From: Minisyncoccota bacterium
Lineage (GTDB): Bacteria > Patescibacteriota > Minisyncoccia > Phycocordibacterales > JBAYGS01
Direction: 5' to 3'
DNA: 64,000 nt
NCBI GenBank assembly: GCA_041666545.1
Contig: JBAYGS010000001.1
Coordinates: forward strand, 89,942 to 153,941
Both the position numbers and the translations under genes were made by a program. Positions 37,412-46,830 of this stretch are shown one piece after another (the first letter of the stretch is position 1; each line of letters opens with the position of its first letter). The notes below the pieces were generated by a model that was not told where the DNA came from, did not search any database, and saw only the letters and a list, made by a program, of their open reading frames with translations.

Positions 37412-38145
37412 GTGACAACTCCTTTCAAGTGGTTGATGTTGCGGTTTATTTGTTCTTCCGTCGTCATACCAATGACAACGGATGTTTTAAGCTGCAGGGC
37501 ATCTTTGACGAGCTGCTCGGCGGTGTGACTGGTAAGCAACTTACCCTGGCAGAAAAGACTTCTCAGAAGAATTTCCTTTTTCATCGCGAGTAAAGAAGGG
37601 AGCTGCTTAAGCACCCATTTTTGATTCCGATTGAAAGGAGCTTCGACAACATCAATGTAAGGCAAGACCTTATCACTGATGTCTGATGAAAAATCGTCTG
37701 GCAGAGAAATTCCTACCTTTTTAGCGATACCACTATCCTTCACCTCTTGCAGGTGCTGAAGAATAAACACTGCGTCTGACGACCATGAAGGAAGCCAGTT
37801 GTGCAGTAAGACTGTGTCGATCTGTGTTCTCCTGAGCCTACTCAGTGAGTTCTCTACACTTTGATCGAGATGATCACGCGAGTAGAATTCATTGATTGGA
37901 GCAGGAGCTTTCAAATCAGGTTTTTTGATCGCGGGAATTTTGGTCACAATGACCGCATCTTCCGGCAAGCATGAACCAAGTATCTCTTCAACTTCCCCTC
38001 CACCATAGACAGCCGCCGTATCAAAACGACGAATACCGTAGCTGATGGCGAAAAGTAGAAGCGATTCAATGTAGGCGGGGGACAGATTTTTGAACTGTCC
38101 TCCAAGTTGCCATGTGCCGAAGTAGAGCCGTTCAAACCATTTCAT
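37408..38145 (-). CDS. aldo/keto reductase
   Basis: GTWQLGG and FDTAAVYG N-terminal AKR signatures. Confidence 0.7.
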   Translation of the reverse strand: MKWFERLYFGTWQLGGQFKNLSPAYIESLLLFAISYGIRRFDTAAVYGGGEVEEILGSCLPEDAVIVTKIPAIKKPDLKAPAPINEFYSRDHLDQSVENSLSRLRRTQIDTVLLHNWLPSWSSDAVFILQHLQEVKDSGIAKKVGISLPDDFSSDISDKVLPYIDVVEAPFNRNQKWVLKQLPSLLAMKKEILLRSLFCQGKLLTSHTAEQLVKDALQLKTSVVIGMTTEEQINRNINHLKGVVT

Positions 38146-38310
38146 GTTTTTTCTCCTAATTTTGAGGTTGTTAAAGAGCTTTTAGTTAATTGCTTCTAGC
38201 ATAAGACTATAACAAAATCGGTGCCAGGTCAACTATACTCTTGTCAATAATTAGAATACATGTTAATCTATTCTAGGATTTGAAACCTTAACAAAAGAGA
38301 GGATACTGCA

Positions 38311-39603
38311 ATGAAACTGCCGTACAAGACAACAGAGGAAGTGCGCCAGACATTTCTGGGGCATTTTCTGAAACGTGATCATCGTCTCATCGAGCCATCA
38401 GGGATCATCCCAAAGAACGATCCGACCCTCATGTTCATTAACTCGGGCATGGCTCCGCTCAAGCCCTTCTTCACGGGCCAAGAGAAGCCCCCATCCCCAC
38501 GTCTGACGAATGTGCAGGACTGCATCAGGTTTGTGGATGTTGAAAGCGTCGGCGACTCTTATCACGGAACGAACTTTCGGATGATGGGGTCGTGGTCCTT
38601 CGGAGATTATTTCAAGGAACGAGCTATTGAGCTTGCCTTTGAACTCATTACCGACGGATTCGGAATCCCTGTTGACCGACTTTCTGCCACAGTATTCATG
38701 GCCGACGAAAGTCTACCCGGTGTGCCGAGCGATGAAGAGTCAGCCCGTATCTGGGAAAAGTTCCTGCCACGAGATCGTATCATTGGCCGACCGCCAGTCG
38801 ATAACTTCTGGGGTCCAGCTGGAACCAGTGGTCCATGTGGACCGTGCACTGAAGTTTTTTTTGATCGAGGTGAGGAATTCGCCGAGAAAAAAATCGACGA
38901 CGTGCTGGTTCCTGGGCGGCACATTGAGATCTGGAATGCCGGAGTGTTCATGCAATACTTCAAGGATGAGCAGGGGAATTTTTCCTCGCTTCCTATGAAG
39001 TGTGTGGATACAGGCGCAGGGCTCGAGCGTTTCGCAATGATTCTTCAGGATCGTGCTTCGATTCACGAAATCGATCAGTACGATTTGACCTATCAACTCA
39101 TCAATCAGCGCGTTGGTGATACGGCATGGACACGGGTCATACTTGATCATGTCAAGACCTCGATTCTGATGATTCGGGAAGGTATCGTCCCAAGCAACAC
39201 TCGGGAAGGGTATCTTCTCCGTCGTGCGCTTCGGCGTGCAATGATTGGTGTCTTCCTGCGGGGGATCAATCTGACCATTCTTCAGGAGTGGGCAGACTCC
39301 CTTAGTCAAGTGATTGATAACAAGGACCTGACCTTCCGTCAGAAATCTGTTATTGCTCACTGGCTCAGCGAGGAGCGTGACAGCTTCGAGAAGCTGATGC
39401 GTCGCAGCAGGAAGTATCTCGACAAGATCGTGGCCTCTAAGGAGTTGGATGCGCAACACGCATTCACTTTGAAAACCGGCATAGGCATCCCCGAAGATCT
39501 TTTGGAGGAATTCTGTGTTCGTCAAGGCATTCTGTTTCCGAAGGTTGAGTTCCTTCGACTTATCGGGGAACACCGGAACATCTCTCGTCGGCCGAAGAAG
39601 TAG
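38311..39603 (+). CDS. alaS: alanyl-tRNA synthetase, N-terminal aminoacylation + tRNA-recognition half only (430 aa)
   Basis: FINSGMAPLKPFF, QDCIRFVDVESVGDSYHGTNFRMMGSWSFGDYFK, GPCGPCTEVFFDRG, EIWNAGVFMQYF, VDTGAGLERFAMILQ. Ends with a strong terminator at 39622-39653. No editing or C-Ala domains. Confidence 0.8.
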   Translation: MKLPYKTTEEVRQTFLGHFLKRDHRLIEPSGIIPKNDPTLMFINSGMAPLKPFFTGQEKPPSPRLTNVQDCIRFVDVESVGDSYHGTNFRMMGSWSFGDYFKERAIELAFELITDGFGIPVDRLSATVFMADESLPGVPSDEESARIWEKFLPRDRIIGRPPVDNFWGPAGTSGPCGPCTEVFFDRGEEFAEKKIDDVLVPGRHIEIWNAGVFMQYFKDEQGNFSSLPMKCVDTGAGLERFAMILQDRASIHEIDQYDLTYQLINQRVGDTAWTRVILDHVKTSILMIREGIVPSNTREGYLLRRALRRAMIGVFLRGINLTILQEWADSLSQVIDNKDLTFRQKSVIAHWLSEERDSFEKLMRRSRKYLDKIVASKELDAQHAFTLKTGIGIPEDLLEEFCVRQGILFPKVEFLRLIGEHRNISRRPKK

Positions 39604-39741
39604 TTCTTTCGGCAACAAACAAGCCCACCTCGTTCATATCGGGGTGGGCTTTTATTTTGCTACCCCCAAGTCATCCAGAGATGATTTTTGTTAAAAGGTT
39701 ATCTTGAGTTTCCCATCGGTTCCATTCGAAGGTAGGATCGG

Positions 39742-39807
39742 ACCGAATCCGAAGGTAAGGGCAAGGGTAGCCAATTCTATGTGGAGGTTGAGGAAGCAAG
39801 GGATTAG
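39742..39807 (+). pseudogene. histidine-kinase 3'-end remnant (TESEGKGKGSQFYVEVEEARD*)
   Basis: Third degenerate copy of the kinase C-terminus. Followed by the junction motif agggattagttgagaagtt shared with the 32262 remnant. Confidence 0.55.
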
Positions 39808-39904
39808 TTGAGAAGTTTTGAAGTTTAGATGTTGAGGAGTTAAAGAGTTTTAGAATTAAGCTGAGGTTGTTTTATGACACAAAATATGCTATTCTATCAA
39901 ATAT

Positions 39905-40150
39905 ATGATTTCAGAATTTGTTGAAAATAAGCTTAAAAATGCTCTATATAAAATCCTAGAAGACAAGACCTACTTTGGCGAAATCAAAGGGGTTAAGGGT
40001 GTTTGGGCAAATGCCAAAACCCTTGAGTCTTGTCGGGCAGAGCTCCGTGAGGTGCTTGAGGATTGGATTTTACTGCAAGTGCGAAACGGAAACAAAATCT
40101 CCGGCTTACCACTGAGTTTCGATCGACGCAAAGATTTTTCCTATGCCTAG
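39905..40150 (+). CDS. hicB: HicB-family antitoxin
   Basis: UPF0150-like small protein (EIKGVKGVWANAKTLESCRAELREVLEDWILL) overlapping the downstream HicA. Confidence 0.55.
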   Translation: MISEFVENKLKNALYKILEDKTYFGEIKGVKGVWANAKTLESCRAELREVLEDWILLQVRNGNKISGLPLSFDRRKDFSYA

Positions 40151-40355
40151 GAACATCTCGCTTCGGATGTTAGTTAAAAAGTTTCGGGCACTGGGTTTTG
40201 ACGGCCCCTATTCCGGTAGTCGTCATCTTTTTATGGCCAAAAGGGATCTAAAAGTGAGAATCCCCAACCCACACAAAGGCGACATTTCAAAACATTTGGT
40301 AGCAGAGATACTTAGGCAGGCGGAAATTACAAGTGACGAATGGGAAAAAGCATAA
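40143..40355 (+). CDS. hicA: HicA-family toxin (mRNA interferase)
   Basis: KKFRALGFDGPYSGSRHLFMAKRDLKVRIPNPHKGDISKHLVAEILRQAEI matches the YcfA/HicA fold signature. Confidence 0.6.
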   Translation: MPRNISLRMLVKKFRALGFDGPYSGSRHLFMAKRDLKVRIPNPHKGDISKHLVAEILRQAEITSDEWEKA

Positions 40356-40362
40356 TCAGCGA

Positions 40363-41817
40363 CTATACCCTCGGCCTCATGAGAGGGAAAAGCTGAGCTT
40401 CGCGGATGCTTTTACCAGAGAGGAAACTGAAGAGTCGCTCCGAGACACCGAAACCAAACATCGGCGGCATGCCATATTCCATCGCCTCAACATATTCAAA
40501 GTCGGCCATTTGGGCCTCTTCATCGCCGGCATCACGGAGTTTTTGCTGTTTTTCAAAGCGCTCACGCTGATCGATAGGATTATTAAGCTCATTAAAAGCC
40601 TTGCCAACTTCACTACCCGCCAGGACAATCTGAAAGCGATCAACTACCCGATTATCTTTAGCATTCATCTTAGCGAGTGGTTCCAGATACACCGGAATAC
40701 CAGTCAAAACTGCCGGACCGCCGAGAGTCTTGCGGATTTGCTTCCAGAGCAAATCCACGCCTCGCCCGACATCAATCTTGGGTTCGTGAGGAATTTTTTC
40801 TTTTTTCAGAGAATCAAACACCGTGTTCAAATCAACCGTGCAGGGGTCAAAACCATATTTTTCAGACATCAGGTCGTTGTAATCAAGCTTTTGCCAGTCT
40901 GCCCCGAGATCAATCTCAAACTTTCCAATCGTAAATTTCAGAGTGCCGAAAGTTTTCTGGGCGACTTCGCGATACAAATCAATCAACATCGGCACACCCT
41001 TTCTCGCATCTTGAAAAGCCTCGTAAAATTCGAAGTGAGTGTAGTCTTGAGCGTGTTCGTAGGACATACCTTCGTTTCGGAACACTCGTCCGATTTCAAA
41101 GGTTTTTGGAATCCCGCCGACCATCAACTTCTTGTGCCACAATTCGGTCGAAATGCGAAGATAAACATCCAAGTCCAAGGCATTGTGGTGAGTGATAAAA
41201 GGTCGGGCTTCAGCGCCACCAGTTTTGGTCTCCAGAATCGGAGTTTCAACTTCAACAAAACCCCGCACAAGCATAAACGAACGGACCGCATTCCAAAAAA
41301 TCGAGCGCTTCCTCGCAATTTCGGCCACCTCGGGATTTAAAAGCATATCCAAGTAGCGTTTGCGGTACCGTTCATCCTCATCCTTCAGACCAAACCATTC
41401 GTCCGGCACTTGGCGCAGACTTTTAGCGAGCATTCGCCAACTGGTGCCGAGTAGGGAATTGGCCCCGCGTTTGGTAGTAAATGGGGTGCCTGTCACCTCT
41501 ATAAAATCGCTGGTATCAACTGTTTCAGTGAACAATTTAAAACTGTCCTCACCCAAGTCATCTTTCTTAATCAATGCCTGGACACGAGCGGTGCCATCAA
41601 ACAAATCGACGAAAATAATGCTACCTTGATCTCGACGAGACATAATCCGGCCAGCCAGGGTGACCGACTTTCCGGATTTCAAAAGCGCCTCAAAAGACTC
41701 GGCAAAAGTCCGATTATCATGACTACGAAAAGACTCGGCCGGATAAGGATCGATGCCGTGTCCCCTCAATATTTCCAATTTGGCCAGACGCTCAGAGCGT
41801 GTATCTTCGATAGACAT
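40363..41817 (-). CDS. lysS: lysyl-tRNA synthetase (class II)
   Basis: N-terminal OB domain, class IIb motifs. 484 aa. Confidence 0.9.
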   Translation of the reverse strand: MSIEDTRSERLAKLEILRGHGIDPYPAESFRSHDNRTFAESFEALLKSGKSVTLAGRIMSRRDQGSIIFVDLFDGTARVQALIKKDDLGEDSFKLFTETVDTSDFIEVTGTPFTTKRGANSLLGTSWRMLAKSLRQVPDEWFGLKDEDERYRKRYLDMLLNPEVAEIARKRSIFWNAVRSFMLVRGFVEVETPILETKTGGAEARPFITHHNALDLDVYLRISTELWHKKLMVGGIPKTFEIGRVFRNEGMSYEHAQDYTHFEFYEAFQDARKGVPMLIDLYREVAQKTFGTLKFTIGKFEIDLGADWQKLDYNDLMSEKYGFDPCTVDLNTVFDSLKKEKIPHEPKIDVGRGVDLLWKQIRKTLGGPAVLTGIPVYLEPLAKMNAKDNRVVDRFQIVLAGSEVGKAFNELNNPIDQRERFEKQQKLRDAGDEEAQMADFEYVEAMEYGMPPMFGFGVSERLFSFLSGKSIREAQLFPLMRPRV

Positions 41818-41859
41818 ATTTAAAATTTAACTTGTTATGGATTATATCAAAAATCGCGA

Positions 41860-41945
41860 TTTCATCAATCGTTAAGAACCCTTACGAATAGGGCATGCGA
41901 ATACAAAGAAGTTAAGAACCCTTACGAATAGGGCACACGAATATA
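41860..41945. repeat. two ~26-bp direct repeats (gttaagaacccttacgaatagggca) plus a cluster of seven ACGAAT hexamers
   Basis: Seen directly in the lysS/glyQS divergent intergenic region. Confidence 0.6.
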
Positions 41946-42120
41946 GTATGCGAATCACGAAACCACGAATACGCGCACACAAATTGGGGCACGGAGTTGA
42001 AAGCCCCTACGAATTTGGCTATGGCTGTAGGTTATCAGTTTCCCATTATTCCTAATTCATAATTCTCAATTCAATCCATTGCCGCTTTTCTAATTTGGTA
42101 AATTCTGATAAACTTCTCAT

Positions 42121-43452
42121 ATGAAAAAAGCTCCCGCCAAGGACAACCCGGCCGTCATGGAGGATATAATCTCACTCGCCAAGAGGCGAGGCTTTATCTA
42201 TCAAGGCTCCGAGATTTACGGCGGTCTTTCCGGAACCTGGGACTACGGCCCTTTGGGTGTGGCACTTAAAGACAACATCCGCCAGATTTGGTGGAAACAA
42301 TTTGTACTCGACCGTGACGATATGTACGGGATGGATGCCGCGATTTTGATGAATCAAAAAGTTTGGCAGGCGACCGGCCACGCGACTAACTTTTCCGACC
42401 CTCTCACCCCATGTCTAAAATGCAAAAAACAATTCCGCACTGACCACCTAAACGGCGCCACCAAGTGTCCGGAATGTGGGGGCAATTTCGGCCCAGAGAG
42501 AAAATTCAACATGATGTTTAAGACCAATGTCGGCCCTGAAGAAGGTGGAGGAAGTTTGTCATATTTGCGACCGGAAACCGCTCAAGGTATGTTTGTGAAT
42601 TTCAAAAATGTTTTGGATTCCTTCCATCCTAAATTGCCTTTTGGTCTGGCCCAAGTCGGTAAGGCTTTCCGAAACGAAATCTCGCCTCGAGACTTCACTT
42701 TCCGAGCTCGTGAGTTTGAACAAATGGAGATTGAATATTTTGTTAAACCAGAGGGTTGGGAGAAGATTTTTGAACATTTCGTTTCTGAAATGAGAAACTT
42801 TATCTCGGCCGTTGGAATTTCTGCGGACAAAGTCCACGAAAAAGAAATCGGCGATGCCGATCGGGCCTTTTATTCCAAACGCACGATTGATTTTGAATTT
42901 GATTTCCCTTTTGGCCAAAGCGAGCTTTACGGCTTGGCTTACCGTACCGATTATGACCTGAAAGCCCACGAAACCGAAAGTGGCAAGACTTTGGTTTATA
43001 CTGACACCGAAGCCAACGAGACTTTAGTGCCACACTGCATCGAGCCATCATTTGGTCTTGATCGAACCGTTTTGGCGGTCCTTTCAAGCGCCTTCAAAAA
43101 AGAGAAAACTGGCGAGGATGAGAGGATTGTTTTGAAATTTAACCCTAAAGTTGCTCCGGTATTGCTCGCAGTCTCGCCGCTTCTCCGAAACAAGCCGAAG
43201 TTGGTTGAAAAAGCCCAAGAAATCTACAAAACCTTGAAAAAGGAATTTGGCCGAGTGATGTTTGATGACAATGGCAACATCGGCAAGCGTTATCGCAGGC
43301 AAGATGAAATCGGCACGCCATTTTGCATTACTGTCGACTTCGACACCATTGAAAAAGATGACACTGTCACTGTCCGTGACCGAGACACGATGGAACAAGT
43401 CCGAATTAGATCCGACGAACTCGTCTCATTTTTTAAGAACAAATTAGCCTAG
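42121..43452 (+). CDS. glyQS: glycyl-tRNA synthetase, dimeric (glyQS-type)
   Basis: Eukaryote/archaeal-like class II GlyRS motifs. 443 aa. Confidence 0.9.
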   Translation: MKKAPAKDNPAVMEDIISLAKRRGFIYQGSEIYGGLSGTWDYGPLGVALKDNIRQIWWKQFVLDRDDMYGMDAAILMNQKVWQATGHATNFSDPLTPCLKCKKQFRTDHLNGATKCPECGGNFGPERKFNMMFKTNVGPEEGGGSLSYLRPETAQGMFVNFKNVLDSFHPKLPFGLAQVGKAFRNEISPRDFTFRAREFEQMEIEYFVKPEGWEKIFEHFVSEMRNFISAVGISADKVHEKEIGDADRAFYSKRTIDFEFDFPFGQSELYGLAYRTDYDLKAHETESGKTLVYTDTEANETLVPHCIEPSFGLDRTVLAVLSSAFKKEKTGEDERIVLKFNPKVAPVLLAVSPLLRNKPKLVEKAQEIYKTLKKEFGRVMFDDNGNIGKRYRRQDEIGTPFCITVDFDTIEKDDTVTVRDRDTMEQVRIRSDELVSFFKNKLA

Positions 43453-43516
43453 AGGACACCAGCTTGCAATTCAATTGAATATGAGTATTCTAAACCTAGA
43501 ATACTGAAAGGCTTTT

Positions 43517-43975
43517 ATGTTACCTAAAATTTTTGTAAAGGTTTCTGGGGGTCTTTTTACCTCAGCAGAGTTTCTAAGAATGATGTCGCGACTACAGTAT
43601 CACCGACTGGTGATTTGTGTCGGTGGTGGTTCACAGATTAATGCTGCCCTCGAAAAGATCGGAATCGAACGAAAATCCCATGGTCCACTTGGTCGGGAAT
43701 TGGCAACCCCACAACTGAGACAGGTGGCGGAAGGCGAGCTACTGAAAAATCAAGCGCTTCTTGAGGACAAACTGGCACGTTTAGGAATTACCGCAAAGGT
43801 GATTGTGCCTGTTTTAGACCTAGGAGGAGTTAGGACCCATGTTAACGGTGACCAGATGGTCAAAACTGCCTACCTTGGCTTTGACCGGCTCGTGGTGATG
43901 ACCACACCTGACAGATTGCAAGCCAAGAGGAGTATTTTCGCCGAATTGCCCAAGGTCGAAATCGTGGCAATCTAA
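43517..43975 (+). CDS. minimal amino-acid-kinase-fold protein
   Basis: KVSGG and ICVGGGSQINAALEKIGIE resemble the N-lobe of PyrH/ArgB-family kinases, but only 152 aa. Confidence 0.3.
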   Translation: MLPKIFVKVSGGLFTSAEFLRMMSRLQYHRLVICVGGGSQINAALEKIGIERKSHGPLGRELATPQLRQVAEGELLKNQALLEDKLARLGITAKVIVPVLDLGGVRTHVNGDQMVKTAYLGFDRLVVMTTPDRLQAKRSIFAELPKVEIVAI

Positions 43976-43984
43976 AACCCAGCC

Positions 43985-44006
43985 TCCTTCTTCGGGAGGT
44001 TTTTTA
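43985..44006 (+). terminator. intrinsic terminator
   Basis: cctcc-ttcttcg-ggagg followed by tttttt. Confidence 0.6.
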
Positions 44007-44049
44007 ATTGCTTTATCACAATTAAATTTTGAGATATACTGAAGCAACT

Positions 44050-45009
44050 ATGGCCGACAAAAAGAAAATTTTACTATCGGGCATCAAACCAACCGGCAAT
44101 TTGCATTTGGGCAACTATTTCGGAGCGATCAAGCAATTCGTAGAATTGCAAAATAAGTACGATTCCTATGTTTTCATCGCCGACTATCACGCCATGACAA
44201 CTCTCCTTGATGCCAAGGAACTATCAGAGAATAGTTTTAACATTGCGGTAGATTACATGGCCTTGGGTCTTGACCCGACGAAAATGACGCTTTTCAAGCA
44301 AAGCGACCTGCCCCAAGTGACCGAACTTTGCTGGATTTTCAACTGTCTAACAACTGTGCCATACCTCGAAAGAGCTCACGCCTATAAGGACGCGGTCGCC
44401 AAAGGTAAAGAGGCCAACATCGGACTTTTTGATTACCCAATTTTGATGGCCGCTGATATTTTAATCCAGGATGCTGATATCGTACCGGTGGGGCAAGACC
44501 AGAAACAACATGTCGAATACGCTCGCGACACGGCGGAAAAATTTAACCGCACCTTCGGTAAAGCCTTTAAAATTCCTGAACCTTACATCCTGAAAGATGT
44601 CGCCGTGGTCCCCGGAATTGACGGTCAAAAAATGAGCAAGAGCTATAACAACACCATTCCTATTTTCGCTTCAGATGAAGAGATCAAAAAACTAGTTATG
44701 GGGATTGTCACCGATTCCAACTCCGGACGTCCCGAAAATGTTTACGCCATTCATAAGCTGATTAAACCGGAAGCCGAGCTTGAAAAAGTTTACACAGAAT
44801 TTGCCGGCAAGTATCAAAAATTAAAGGAGGCTCTTTACAATGACCTCGTCTCATTCTTGACACCCTTCCGTGAAAAACGGGAGCAACTGCTTAAGGATAG
44901 GGCAGGGGTCTTGGCAATTCTCAAAGCTGGAGGCGACAAAGCCCGCGCCCGCGCTGAAGCTAAAATGGCAGAGGTCCGTAAACTGACCGGCCTGACTTTG
45001 ACCGCTTAA
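44050..45009 (+). CDS. trpS: tryptophanyl-tRNA synthetase (canonical)
   Basis: ILLSGIKPTGNLHLGNYFGAI, YPILMAADIL, VPVGQDQKQHVEYARDTAEKFN, KMSKS. The ORF is open from 44029. Confidence 0.85.
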   Translation: MADKKKILLSGIKPTGNLHLGNYFGAIKQFVELQNKYDSYVFIADYHAMTTLLDAKELSENSFNIAVDYMALGLDPTKMTLFKQSDLPQVTELCWIFNCLTTVPYLERAHAYKDAVAKGKEANIGLFDYPILMAADILIQDADIVPVGQDQKQHVEYARDTAEKFNRTFGKAFKIPEPYILKDVAVVPGIDGQKMSKSYNNTIPIFASDEEIKKLVMGIVTDSNSGRPENVYAIHKLIKPEAELEKVYTEFAGKYQKLKEALYNDLVSFLTPFREKREQLLKDRAGVLAILKAGGDKARARAEAKMAEVRKLTGLTLTA

Positions 45010-45013
45010 ACTT

Positions 45014-46819
45014 ATGGATTACAACAAAATGGAGTGGAAGTTGACGGGGCTCCAAAGCCTTTGGAAAAACGCCGTTAGGATCCTGAAAATCTGCTTTGAA
45101 GATCAGGGCCGTCTCCTAATAACGATCATTAGCTTGACCCTGGTGGTTTCGGCTTTGCCGTTTCTGAAACAGGGCGCCTATGCCTTGTTGGTTGACGTCA
45201 TTGCCGTGCCGAATTCCGGTAAACTGACATACGTGCTCGGGCTCGTGGTTTTGCTTCTGGTTTTGCCAGAATTTATTTACAGTCTGAAAGGTTATTTTGA
45301 TAAAAGATTTTATATTGATATTCAGAAGATTTTCGAATTGCGCTATCTCAAACACAAGGCCAAAATTGATGTGGCGAGATATGAAGATTCGAACTTCAAT
45401 AATTTACTGAATAATGCGGCTGAAAGGGGGATGTGGCCGATTGTAAATTTAGCTGACGGCCTGATTGCCAACATTTCCAACATTATCGGGGTCATCGTGG
45501 CCGGTATAATTTTGATTTTCTACAATTGGGTGTTTTTCCTGCTGATTTTCGTAGCCTTGATTCCCAAGCTCTACGTGGAAATCAAATATAGCCGCGATGT
45601 TTGGGGAATTTTTAACGCGAGCGCGCACGACCGAAGACGCTATTGGGATTTGCGCGGGCATTTTTATGACGTACCGAAGCTTACCGAACTAAAACTATTT
45701 CAGAACGTCTCCGAATTTTCCAAACGCATCAATAAAATTCTAGCCGATTTTAGCAGCGACCAAAAGGCTAACGAGTGGCGCAAAACACGACTGACCCTAT
45801 TTGCTCTGATTTTGAGTGGCTTAGCCTATCTGTTTTTTGGTTTTACTGTTGCCAATTCAGCTTTCTCCGGTCAGATTAGTCCCGGTACGATGATTTTCGT
45901 AATCGGTTCGGTCATTGAGTTTGGCAACGCACTATCCGGATTTTTCTTGAATGTCGGCAAGAGATACGAGGAAAATCTTTTTGTGACTGATATTTTCAGT
46001 ATTATGGAAACTCAGCCAATAATCACACCGCCGCAAAATCCGACCCTCGTGGACTACACAATCGCGCCCAGGGTTGAGTTCAAAAATGTCTCGTTTAAAT
46101 ACCCGAAGAGTGAGAGCTTAATTCTTAAAGACATTAGTTTTACAATTGAGCCGGGTGAAAAACTGGCTCTAGTAGGAATCAATGGCTCAGGGAAGACTAC
46201 GCTTATTAAACTGTTGTGCCGATTCTATGATCCAGTTGCGGGACAGATTTTGGTGAATGGTGTTGATTTGAAAGAAATCGACCTGGACTCATGGTGGAAA
46301 CATTTAGGTGTCCTGTTTCAGGATTTTGCTTCCTACAATTTTTTGGCCCGGGAGGTAATCGCGCTTGGGCGTTCACAGGTCGAAGCCAAGCACGAGCACA
46401 TCTCCAGGGCTGCGCAAATGGCGGAGGCCGATGAATTTATCATGAGATGGAAGAAAGGCTATGAACAGATGCTCGGTAAAGAATTTGAGGAGGGGATTGA
46501 CCCTTCAAAGGGTCAAATCCAAAAACTGGCCTTGGCCAGAGTCTTCTTCCGCGACCCTAAAATTATGGTTTTGGATGAACCGACCGCTTCGGTAGATGCT
46601 GAATCAGAGGCTAAAATTTTCGAGAGATTTACCGCTCTGCCGGATTCGGTCTCGGCTATTTTAATTTCTCACCGATTCTCGACTGTTAAAAAGACCGACA
46701 AAATTATTGTCTTGAAAGACAAAAAAATAGCTGAAATCGGCAGTCATAAGACACTGATTGCTCAAAATGGCATTTACGCTGGTCTCTTTAGGCTCCAAGC
46801 CAAGGGATATAAGGAGTAA
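45014..46819 (+). CDS. ABC exporter, fused permease-ATPase
   Basis: Six TM segments, then Walker A GINGSGKTT, signature-like SKGQIQKLALAR, Walker B MVLDEPTA. Confidence 0.8.
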   Translation: MDYNKMEWKLTGLQSLWKNAVRILKICFEDQGRLLITIISLTLVVSALPFLKQGAYALLVDVIAVPNSGKLTYVLGLVVLLLVLPEFIYSLKGYFDKRFYIDIQKIFELRYLKHKAKIDVARYEDSNFNNLLNNAAERGMWPIVNLADGLIANISNIIGVIVAGIILIFYNWVFFLLIFVALIPKLYVEIKYSRDVWGIFNASAHDRRRYWDLRGHFYDVPKLTELKLFQNVSEFSKRINKILADFSSDQKANEWRKTRLTLFALILSGLAYLFFGFTVANSAFSGQISPGTMIFVIGSVIEFGNALSGFFLNVGKRYEENLFVTDIFSIMETQPIITPPQNPTLVDYTIAPRVEFKNVSFKYPKSESLILKDISFTIEPGEKLALVGINGSGKTTLIKLLCRFYDPVAGQILVNGVDLKEIDLDSWWKHLGVLFQDFASYNFLAREVIALGRSQVEAKHEHISRAAQMAEADEFIMRWKKGYEQMLGKEFEEGIDPSKGQIQKLALARVFFRDPKIMVLDEPTASVDAESEAKIFERFTALPDSVSAILISHRFSTVKKTDKIIVLKDKKIAEIGSHKTLIAQNGIYAGLFRLQAKGYKE

Positions 46820-46830
46820 CATTAACGCAA

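Noticed and set aside
38740-39618. 292-aa minus-strand ORF
   Set aside because: It is antisense within the truncated alaS gene.
40333-41340. 335-aa plus-strand ORF
   Set aside because: It is antisense within lysS.
41860-41945. Possible CRISPR array
   Set aside because: Only two long direct repeats with a 15-nt intervening segment. No repeat-spacer periodicity.
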